A DNA stretch of 64,000 bases. Source: Schmidtea polychroa (taxonomy: Eukaryota). The notes below the pieces were generated by a model. The model did not search any database. It was not told the origin of the DNA and saw only the letters and a list, made by a program, of their open reading frames with translations. The stretch covers positions 50,780,001-50,844,000 of the forward strand of contig CM097885.1 in assembly GCA_044892525.1 (NCBI GenBank), given 5' to 3'. Within the stretch, counting starts at the first letter, position 1, and every line of letters begins with the position of its first letter. The translations under genes were made by a program, and so were the position numbers. Positions 37,340 to 64,000 of the stretch are shown in pieces.

Positions 37340-38199
37340 TTAAGAAAGTTTATAAATTATTTAAGTGTATTTTTTATGTAAATTTTGTTAAATTATATCA
37401 TAATCAAAACAAAATTTCCTAACTAATAAAGTTTTCGTCCTAAAATATAAATACATGCTTATCATCAATCTAAAACGGCAGTCAGATATTGAACAACAAA
37501 TGAGGCAGGTTAACATGTCAAACCTTGCATGTGTACATTTTGTACACACACATCCGTTTGAGAGTTAATGTGTTGTGTTTATGTGTTTAATTTATTTTTT
37601 CTATCACTTTTCAATTTCTATTTAAAGGTTTTTACACCCGTTTGCACAGATAATAGCTATAATTAAATAGCTATTGAGCTGAAACATATTTACTTATATA
37701 CATTTTTAAAACATCAAATCCGCCATACCAGATCTCGTAGGATACACATGGGAAGATAGATCTGACTTAGGTTCCGAGTCAAACGAAAGAATCAAGGTTT
37801 CTGTATAACCACTCATGTTTCACAATTGAAGAAGGCAACAAGCGGGACGGTGTCGAACTACCACAGGTAATCGTGAAGAGGGAGCTTAATTAATTTGGAC
37901 AGCAAGCTCTAATAATGACCCCAAAGGACGTTTATGCAGTCATCTCCCGACTGGAGCTGGTGAAAGAGTACATCGAAACGGGGACGACACCTGATACTGA
38001 CCAGGATGTCATTATGTTTGTGAGCTTGACTTTGATACACTCTCTAAAGTAAAGAACAGGACCGAATGCGGAATTAAATGACAAATAAACAGCAATAAAA
38101 CAATTTTTCTCTTATGGATTTTAGTGACCATTAAAATACATTATTTTTTATGTATTTTATTTATTGATGAATGATTGTAATGAATCAATCGGCGTACCA

Positions 38200-38960
38200 T
38201 TACTTCACACACTAAGAAATTTATGAGGAAAAGCTATAAAAATTGACCATATTATGTAAATCGTTGTCAAAACTATCAATTTTCTAAGGACCCGTAAATT
38301 TTATGATTGCCAATTCCAAGAATTTCTTAAAAGTTTGAATATACAGAAATAAGATGGCTTTAAAAATTTTATAACGTACTTAATAAATTAAATTGTTGAT
38401 GATATTGAAAAACAAATCTGTGCCAGAACTTAACGATGACAACTGACTTGCAGATTTAGCATTTTTGTGGATTTTACTACCCATTTAAATGACTTAAACA
38501 CTCGTCTTCAATGTAAAAATCAACTCAGTATAATATTTAAAGCCTCAAACGCGTTCAAAATGAAATTGAAATTATGGCAAGCCATAATAAATGGTAACAA
38601 TTTTTCTCATTTCAACACGTTAGCCAAACAAACTCCTAAAAATCGGAAAATATTCACAGCTTTACTTTTCGATTTGATCAAAGAATTTGAAGTTAAATAA
38701 TCAATTGTTTTGTATCTTTCTACTCCATTCACAGCCTATATAGGTATACTGTCAGAATGTTTTCAAATGGGATGCATTGAATTGCAATTTGACTTTCTAA
38801 CAATGTTAGACTTTTATAAATCATATCTCTCCAGAAATAAGTATTCCTCGCTGTGTTGTCATGCGTTGTTCATGTCATTGTTTGGAAGCCCGTAATTTTG
38901 TCAACAAACATTTTCAAGGATTAAACACACTAAGAACCAAATTAGAAGCAGAATATCGTG
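38200..38960 (+). pseudogene. Decayed SPIN/GTF2IRD2-type hAT transposase
   Basis: DLAFFVDFTTHLNDLNTRLQCKN..AFKMKLKLW and CFQMGCIELQ..MSLFGSP fragments; many stops and frameshifts. Confidence 0.7.
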
Positions 38961-39816
38961 TTCGTAACTTGTTATTGTACTTTGGGATAATGTGTACAAA
39001 TAATGTGTAATTTATATAAGATCCTAGTTGTCGGAATTATTATGAATTTTGTGTGTAATGAAATATTTAATTTTAGTTGGAGGATGTTCCAATCGTAGAA
39101 GTCTCACAACTTGCAAATGCTCCACATTTATTGAATGCGAAACAACCGATTTGCCTAGATTCTTTACAACTACAGAATGAATTACATAGCATAGAAGGAA
39201 CATGGTTTAATTGATAACTGAGAAAGCGAAAGTTCAATGGGGACTAGTTTCTGTAGCAAAATCCACTTGCATATTGTTTTTCAGCCTCATTATACAGTTC
39301 CAACATGATTGTACATGATAGTGACCATGTATATAGCGCCGGTCAAATACGTTTAGAAAAATAAAGTTATCTGTACCCCTAAAACCCAAATACATATAAT
39401 TCTTAACGACAGAAAAAGTGATCTATTTTACTCACCTTTTGATGTACAAATAAATAAAGTTACATAAAAAATCAAAAACAGATCACAGGTGAGCAAAAAG
39501 TAAAGGATTTTACTAATTAAACAATTATTAACAATTAATTGCCATTTACATAGATTTGAATTCAATTGTATGTCAAATGGGGTATATATTTAATCGATAC
39601 AATTAAATTAGAATCGTATTTTTTGTATTGAATATTAAATTGTATCCACCAAATAAATATTCGGAATTTCTAAATAAATTACATATATATCTTTATCAAA
39701 ATCTCAGAAACAAAAATAATTATTAAATAATTATAAGTTTACAATATTTTCAAATAATTTAATATATTTTAAAGTTTGTTTAAATATACAGTTTTAAATA
39801 CATTCAGCAATTTCAA

Positions 39817-40198
39817 ATGGTAAGCAATAGTTTTATAAGTTAAATTTTAATTAATATTCTTAATAGGCTGCACATAAAAGTCTTATAATTAAAAAGAAAC
39901 TTGCTAAGAAGCAAGGACAAAACCGTCCAATTCCTCAATGGGTTAGATTGAAGACTGGAAATACTATTAAGTAATTTTTGCTGATTATGTTAACCAAACA
40001 TAGCCGGCAATTGTAAATTTATGCTAATTGTGTGCAATTGTTTGGGATATTAATTGTTCTATTGGATTCATTATTAATTCTGATGAACTGACAGTTTAAT
40101 TTTCTATGAATTTAAATAAAAAATCGTTTATTAATATTATTTTTTCTAGATATAACGCTAAAAGACGTCACTGGAGACGAACCAAGTTGAAGTTCTAA
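39817..40198 (+). CDS. RPL39: 60S ribosomal protein L39; exons 39817-39819, 39867-39970, 40150-40198
   Basis: Spliced product [51 protein letters not shown] (51 aa). ATG-only first coding exon and GT-AG introns of 47 and 179 nt. Confidence 0.97.
39991..40096 (+). ncRNA. Candidate intronic box H/ACA sno/scaRNA in RPL39 intron 2
   Basis: Hairpin 1: CCAAACA/TGTTTGG lower stem, internal pocket, GCAATTG/TAATTGT upper stem. H box ATATTA (40047-40052). Hairpin 2: GTTC..ATTGGA/TCTGAT..GAAC. ACA at 40091-40093. Confidence 0.75.
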
Positions 40199-40199
40199 G

Positions 40200-41530
40200 C
40201 TGTTTTATATAAATATAATTTTGGAATACTAATTTTCTTTTAATCATGTCAGGTTCATGGGTTTAACACCCCCATCTATTTTATTTTGTGTGGCAAACTG
40301 TATCGTTCTCCCTGGTCTATTCACCTATATATAATTTTTTAATTTCTTATATTATGGTGTTTACTTTCAATAATTATCATATTAAACTGAGCAAAATATT
40401 TAATTACTTTTATATATATTTTTAACTAAATATAGTTTCCACGTGTATTTTAAAGTTCTCTGTCATTTACAGTAGCTAATAGAAGTTTATACGAAGAGAC
40501 GAAAACATAAAATATTTAATTATTAGACATAATTATAAAATTTTGGAACAAACATGAAACCATACTATAGAGATTGATCATTCAAATTAGTTAGAACCAA
40601 GTGCTATAATACATCGATAAAAGTTATAGAACATGATTGCGTAGTACTGTCAAACCACTATTTTTTGGTGTAAACTAAAAATATGTTCTCGTTTGAAATT
40701 CAAGAGGTGTAAGGTGTACTTTCAGACATTCTTTCACGATTTCAATGGAATTACGAATATGTATACTTATTAAGTTATTAATAAGTGGGCTTAATATACA
40801 TATACTTTAATGTATTTAAAATATTTCAAATGCAACAAATCTGAGAATGAAATGAAAATTGATTTTTACAATTTAATTATTTGTAGTCATAATAACTACT
40901 TGTTAGATGGGGGTCTCCACGAGTCTTTGTAAATGATAGATTACGATTTGAAAAGACGTATATACTTGCTCCCTTTTATGGTGGTCGCAAAATGTTATTT
41001 CAAGTTTCATTGGTTTAACACCGCTATCTATTTTATTTGTCGTCTCTCCCGTGCTCACTGGTCGTGCTTTGGAATAATTTTTTAATTTCTTATGGTATTT
41101 ACTTTCATTAATTATCATATTAAATTGAGCAAAATATTTAATTCCTTTTTTTTGTGTATTTTTTAACTAAATACAATTTCCACGTGTATTTTAAAGTTCT
41201 CTAATGGAAATAATTACAAGATTAGGTTCATGGGTTTAACACCGATATTTATTTTATTGGTCCTTTCTGGCAAATTCACTTAACTGTGTCCTCGTGCTCA
41301 CCCATATATAATTTTGGAATAACTTTTTAATTTCTTATATTATGGTATTTACTTTCAATATTTCATCTTAAACTGAGCAAAATGTTTAATTGATTTTTTT
41401 TATGTATTTTTTAACAAATTTGTATTCCACGTTCTCTAATGGAATTAAAAACAAGATAATTTTTTTCTCTGCGTTTTACAGAAGCTAATGGAAGTTTATA
41501 CGAAGAGACGAAACCATAAAATATCATATT
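40200..41530 (+). repeat. Three diverged copies of a 200-300 bp unit downstream of RPL39
   Basis: GGTTCATGGGTTTAACACC-like starts at about 40252, 41004 and 41225. Shared TTTACTTTCA..TGAGCAAAAT..CCACGT blocks; GAAGTTTATACGAAGAGACGAAA at 40482 and 41491. Confidence 0.8.
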
Positions 41531-42916
41531 TAAATTTTTTAATTAAATCGAGAAAATTTACAGAAAAATTAATTTTTAACAAATTTCAAATCAATAGTTA
41601 ATGTGCCAAATCGTAATATAGTAAAGTTTTATTAAATCGTAAAAGTTGGTGTTAAAAGCGAGAAGTCGATTGACTGTTTCTGCGGCCAGTTTCATATTTA
41701 CTGAGACAAGACTTTGCTGAGCTAGGAAAAAGTTCGAACCCTCGGATCAGCCCACTGTTGTTATAATAAAGACAAATTATATAAATAATTATCATAAAAT
41801 AAAGTTATAACCAAAAATAAACATTATAATGCATAAATGAGAATCATTTGCTTTTGAATAACTAAACAATTGCGTCCGAAAGTGTTACTGGATACCTTGA
41901 GGTTTTCATCTGATAATAGTAATTATATCCCTAATTTAATCGAAACTAAACAGGAACTATTCGTCGACCGCTAGTCGAAAACCCACATCCAAATAATGTG
42001 CACAAATGACTCCCGTTGACAAGATAAGGTGGCCTACTTCCTATCGGGTAGCTACTGCGAACGGAGCATATATCTGCTATGTAACATGATTCTCTCATTA
42101 GTTGTGCCTGATGTTCTCACTGATCAGGTGGAGTTTACGTAGTGGTGCCTTGATGGTTTTCAAATTTAGTGGTTAGTAATTTCTCAGTCTGTTATCTTAT
42201 TTTACGATAAAATCGAGTTTTGTGAGAAATCGATCATATGGCTATTTCTATTGGTTCTCACGTCGTATTCATGGAAGTTATTATTATTAGACTTGTCAAG
42301 GCGAGGATACTTAAAGAGACTGGATGGTGCAACTATTGAAGATCTGATGGTGGCAAATTGTGACTCGTCATATGTCCATAATATATCTTTTTAATTTCTT
42401 ACTTTTGTTTTTTCAATCTTCCTAGCTATTAATTTCAGACAAAGTTGCAACATTATTATCCTGCGGCAACAGACCAATGGAGAAACCCCCACAATATGTC
42501 CCGATCAATTCCGCTACGACTCTGAATTAAAATTAGCCTTCTAACGGCAGTCATAAACCAAATGCCGTGTCAATGGTTCATAGTTTTGAAAAGTGCATTC
42601 ATCCCATAAAATCGGTTCTCAAACTTGATGCACAGTTACAACAACTAATAATGATAGTTTTAGATATATCATCAATCATTTTTTTTAAATGGTAATTAAT
42701 AAAAATAAAATAATTACTTAAGATTCAAATATAATTACCAGACATTTTTATAGACTTTTAAAAAATTATTTAGCATATACAGTTAATAACTATTGAACAT
42801 TTCCCAAAATTTAATTATTTCTTTATTTTTAATTTGGTTTTTAAACGTAATTTAAACTTTATTTTAATACATTGCCTTGGATACATTTGTTTATATTTAA
42901 TTTTGAATAATATAAA

Positions 42917-59169
<16,253 letters not shown>

Positions 59170-59599
59170 GTACGTATATTTATTTGATAGTTTATTATTA
59201 AAAAAATTAAAAAAATTTAATTATATGCTCAATTTAATGTATATTTAATGTAGAAAAACTAATGCTTGCTTTATTTCATAATTAGAAAATTTAAATTCAT
59301 ACTTAAAAAATCACAAAACAAAAGAACCAATGCTTCATAAACAGTTTAATTATTATATAGGATCTATTGATATTCTTAACCTCATGTTTGTTAGCGGGGG
59401 TCAAATTTGACTACAGAGCTCTTAAAATGCAAAGACATAATGGAAAATAAACCAATTTTTAACCTAATTTTCATAGAACTTTTCTTAAAAAATAAAACCC
59501 CAATTTCTAGAAAAATGCATTTTTGGAACTCTCGCATCGCTGGAGTAAGTGTTTGAACCACAATGGGTCTTATATTGAAAAATAAGGTCTACATACTCT

Positions 59600-60470
59600 T
59601 GCTGTTCTTATGTTAAAATATATCGTTTCTATTGGTTTCCTTTAGCACTTATTTCGGGTCCTTATTGAATTAAAGGCTGCTACGTTTTGCTGTTGGTGCT
59701 GGCCATCGGAATCAAGTCTGCTTTTCTTGTTCTTAAAATAGAATGTTTAGTATCAAAATGACGTTTCAGTTTGTTAGAATTAATCGATTCAGCTGATATA
59801 TTTTCGTTGCAAATAACGAATTATGGTTTTCTAATTCCTGTTGCAACTATGAAAATTAAGCCATACTTTAAAAATTCATCACTATACTTTCTTTTCCTAA
59901 CACTTGTCTCTCGCTGATTCATTATCATAGGCATGTCAATTCCGTCAATATAATTTATATAACATTTTATAATATAAACTTTACTTAAGTTGACTTTTAT
60001 AATTAACCCTTTGAACGCGGTAAATTTATTTAATTATTAAATTCGGGTGACTATAGTCGCTTTACGCGCCCAAAGGGTTAAAGAATATAAAGCACTTCGT
60101 AACTAATTTTACTTATAGCTGAAACAATTTTTTGCAGCAAACAGGATATGATTTCATACGCCACTAAATAAGTAATTTCGTAAAAGGAGTTGAAGTTGCA
60201 AGAATTAAAATGGCTAAAATTATTAAATTATATAAGCTGCTGACATATATCGAATGAATCATAGTATTGTACGTCGCTATATTTTAGTCAGAGTAGTAGT
60301 AGTATAGCTTAAATTAAAATATTGGTAAGAAACTATAAAAGAGTTGCTAATCGAAGTAGAATTTATTAACTGACAAATTAGGAATTGTAAAATTCTACAA
60401 AAAAATTCGTTTTTTTATTTAAAAAAATTAATTTTCAGGTCTCGAACAAATGACAGTTTGGGAACCACTG
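59600..60470 (-). mobile_element. Charlie/Buster-type hAT 5' remnant
   Basis: TIR CAGTGGTTCCCAAACTG ending at 60470 and a degenerate BED-like finger RKRKYSDEFLKYG..ICNENISAESINSNKLKRHFDTKH at about 59900-59740. Confidence 0.75.
60007..60077 (-). mobile_element. Ultra-short piggyBac-type MITE (71 bp)
   Basis: TTAA|CCCTTTG ... CAAAGGG|TTAA; same family as 51738-51809; GACTATAGTC palindrome. Confidence 0.8.
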
Positions 60471-63212
60471 TTATTAGGGATTGAGAAAATTAAAGCATAA
60501 TATACATTCTATAGAGATGGGTTGGTGGGCACAAAACTTGAAACGAAAGATAGTATAATTACTTATAAACATTACTTTTTTCAAAGAACGGATTTATCAC
60601 CTAGTTTAATCATGATACAAATAGACTTTTTATTAATTATATTAATTTCAACATACAAATTTACTAGCGTCTAACGATAATTTTTCGTAAACAGCAAACA
60701 GAATAAAGTTTAAAGCTGTATATTTAAGTTTATCATGTACTCTGTTTACATAAAATTTAATCATTTATAAATATATTTTGTTTCCCAAAATTTTCGAAGT
60801 TATAAGCATATTTTATTATATTTTATTTTCTGACATTTTTGAAGATATCCCCAATCTTGTATACTTTCTTACAGGAGTCCTAATCCATTGATAATATTAT
60901 AATAATTATACTGTCGTTTTTTCCAATCACTTAAATGTCATCCTTGTCGCTTATAATATAATGTTGTCATTCGACTCATTTTTTATGACTCATTATTTTT
61001 AAAGTGTTGACTTGTAAAACTTGAAATAATATAAATTGAACGAATTATTCACATACCAAAGTTTCCATTTATTAATATTTAATAAATTAAATTTTCCGAA
61101 TAATGTTGATAATTTGGATTTTCTCGATTAATTCGGCATAAACAGTTTTGTGTAAATTTTTTTTGTGAATGTAGAATAACATTTTGGACTTCTACATATT
61201 TAACATTGAGTTTAATGCGAATTTCTAATAAAGCAAATAACATTATTAGTCTGTACTTAAGGTTCACTGATGTACATGCCTTAAGTAGATAAATATATTT
61301 TTATTTTGGTATGATTTGTCTGTAAGATTTTATTCGATATTAGGAGCTAAAGTCCGTGAAACGGTCTGGATTAACAATTTCAAAAGTATTTTTTAAATAA
61401 AATTTTAAAGTAACAATACTATATTTCATTTAAATACTAGCTTCTTTAAAAGTCAACCCAAAAACACCGATATTATTATAAATCCTTTATCCTTTATTTC
61501 AAATCATTTTCAAATTCATATTTTTTTCAAAATTTAAAAAGCCGCTAAAATTTTAAGTTTTATTGCTGTAAGCACAACTTCGATGTGTTAGTGTGTGTGG
61601 CACCGATTAACCCGATTGAATGACTGCAAATTGGTTCATTAACTTTTGCATGATTTGAGTGCAACATTATTTTACCGCCGGCGAAATTAAAAAATAAAAT
61701 TTTTCGCATTTCTTTTTCCATATAATTTTCGTTCTCAGAATCATAATTTGATTAATTTAATATGATATATTTTACTGTCAAATTATAAGTAAAATATTAA
61801 ATCAAATTTCTTTTTTGCTATTTTTCTCAGCTTCAATTTAAATTTCATATTATTTATATCATTTATTTCTATAATAATGATGAAGTATTGTTTTGAGATT
61901 CTGATTGATTGAGAAATGCTTTTTACCTGATGTATTGGTTAATTGTTCACATTAAAATCAAATTTTAAGTAAAACTTATGGATAGAGCATCCAGTACAAC
62001 TCGAATTCCTAAATTCATGCCTAACAATCAAAAGACGTCAATGTAAGTTATGCATGTGCTAGGCATTTTGTGAGATCAAAACGAATAAAGATTGTGTTAA
62101 TTTTTCTCCGATTTGCTCAGCTTGCTTAATTTACTTTCCAGATGTTTTAATTGTAAATGTTTTAATTGAAGACTTAATTATTTGCTTTTGAATTTAATGC
62201 TTTAATTTGATGTATTTTTCAATACCCTTTAAATGATTTTCGATGTGGTTATGTCTTATACACTTTATTTGATTTAACTTGAAATTTTACGATACTGACA
62301 TTTAAAATTTTAATCAAAGTGATTCTATTATTATTATGGTTTATATATTGTTAAAGTTTGTAGTAAAATCTCTCCAATGCAAAAAGGTTTAGGACAAGGA
62401 CTGTAAAATTCAAATTATAATTTCCCATAATGATGCTTCACATATACGTGACTGGCGGATGCTTTGGCGGGTTTTTTTGTAGGCGTGGAAAATTGAATCT
62501 TTTTCAATGTGGTACATTATAACACAAAGTTTTACATTTCTTTTCATTTCACTTTTTTGTCAATTATTATTTTTAATAAATAAATAACAATTTCAAAATT
62601 TGTCTCCACTGCATCACATACTCTATTTAACTGTATGTTGAACAGGATTGTTTTTGATCAATGTTTCACAATCTTACCCAAACCAGTGTCCATTTAACTT
62701 AAATCACATTTTCCTGCGCTTCCAAACTTATAATAAATGATTTTTGATTATTTGCAAAAAATGCGAATAAATTCAACTTTATTTTTTGGTTAAATTTTTT
62801 TCAAACATATTTTTATAAATTACATAAAATTAATTATATAATTTGGTAAATTGGCTATTTCTGAAATAATCGAATTGTAGTTCAAACCAGAGCTTTACGA
62901 GATTGCACGGACTCCTCGACTTTTCCAATGAATTCCATTACGGGGCACTTTTACCACCTTTGTGTAACAATGCTTTAGATTACTATTTTTTCCGTACTAA
63001 GATTAGATTTATCATTTATTCTAATAAAATTAGTGTCTGCTTTTGTAACATTGCAGCCTCAAAATAAATTAAATCAAAATTTGCTTAACACTTACTTTTT
63101 TAGAGGCTGCAAAAACATTCACTAAGCAACACTGATTTCCATTATTCAAAGAATATTATTGATATCTTCAAATAATGATACTATTGTTCATAAGTTAATT
63201 CAATTTATTTAA

Positions 63213-63439
63213 CACTAGAAGTACCAGAAAAAATTACTCATTTTAATTGGTGTTGGTATAATTAGGGAAAGTAAAAAAACTTTTCTATAATTAAGCAAAC
63301 AAAAAATAAAATTTAATATAATAAACATATATGTATGACTAGAAAAGTCATAACATAATTCAAAATAAATAAAAAATTGATGATGAATTAATGATAAAAG
63401 GTAAAACCAGTCATTTTGACTGGTCTGGTATTTCTAGTG
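63213..63439. mobile_element. piggyBac-type MITE (227 bp)
   Basis: TTAA|CACTAGAAGTACCAGA ... TCTGGTATTTCTAGTG|TTAA; subterminal palindrome ACCAGTCA-TTT-TGACTGGT. Confidence 0.85.
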
Positions 63440-63799
63440 TTAAAACTGAATCCGAATTAGGCATTTCTAACTGCAATTTATCAATGAGATAATTCATTTC
63501 ATAGTGCTTAGTTTATTAACTAATGTTAAAAACTATTAAATAAATTTTAATTTTACTAATTTGAGGCGTATAATTTTGAAATTAACAGCTATTTTATTTT
63601 ATTTGTATTTATTTATTAATAAAAAAGCTAATCCAAATTAAAAACTTATTTAAAGCTCATTTTACCTATCATAAATTTCTTCAAGAATTTTTTTTTCTAT
63701 TTTAATTTTAAAATTTTGTTTAATTTTACTATTTTTATTAATTTTATTTAAATAATTAATAGTCTTTTTAAATTAGATTTATTTTTCCACTAACTAGAA

Positions 63800-64000
63800 C
63801 AGTAATTCTCAACCTTTTTTGTCCATACCCACCACCTGTCGCTAAAATCCTGATAACCCTCCTCCGAAATATTATTTTTATTATTAAAAAGTGAACTCTT
63901 ATTCACACGGAGGAAGCCTAGAAGGTCATTAACTTGGTTAAAAAAGGCTTGCAAAGAACACGGTGTTCATGAAAAAGAAAAATAATCAAACGAAAATAGA
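63800..64000 (+). mobile_element. Probable left end of a Charlie-type hAT element
   Basis: CAGTAATTCTCAACCT resembles the CAGTGGTTCTCAACCT TIR, preceded by a CTAGA-containing target-like site. No matching right end seen in the window. Confidence 0.45.

Larger units (their letters stand above)
33519..37564 (-). mobile_element. Decayed full-length piggyBac transposon with nested insertions
   Basis: TTAA|CCCTCAAAGGCAT ... ATCCGTTTGAGAG|TTAA, with GCATGTGTAC..TGTAC subterminal motif at both ends. Transposase fragments MSLNRF...LTIDEQLV...YMSQKPKKYGAKIFWLCE and a C-terminal Cys-rich remnant at about 33880-33950. Confidence 0.85.

Noticed and set aside
40079..40092. CTGATGA/CTGA as C/D boxes in the RPL39 intron
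   Set aside because: The motifs are adjacent with no room for a guide; the H/ACA architecture explains the intron better.

Overview
Very AT-rich eukaryotic (metazoan) genomic DNA. A few host genes with either tiny (45-50 nt) or multi-kb introns sit in a dense, nested mix of transposons. Host genes: an Ovo/shavenbaby-family C2H2 transcription factor (minus strand, 4 inferred exons, 3204-13695); two near-identical intronless Ima1/TMEM201-N-domain ORFs flanking it, plus a third partial copy; ribosomal protein RPL39 (3 exons, missed by the ORF track); and a CEP43/FOP-like LisH centrosomal gene (at least 6 exons, 42917 to beyond 59169). Mobile DNA: two Mutator-like elements with tandem-repeat ends, several decayed hAT elements and a hAT MITE, a decayed piggyBac with nested insertions, six TTAA-targeting MITEs (two only about 72 bp), three solo LTR-like elements with 4-bp TSDs, a decayed Gypsy retrotransposon and a Ginger-type integrase DNA transposon. 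The top finding is a box H/ACA-shaped RNA in RPL39 intron 2 whose 5' pocket is complementary to the U1A-binding loop II of U1 snRNA. Next is an Ovo whose inferred N-terminus carries an eh1 (Groucho-binding) motif instead of a SNAG motif. All gene models and RNA structures were read by eye; no database searches were run and the organism is not identified.
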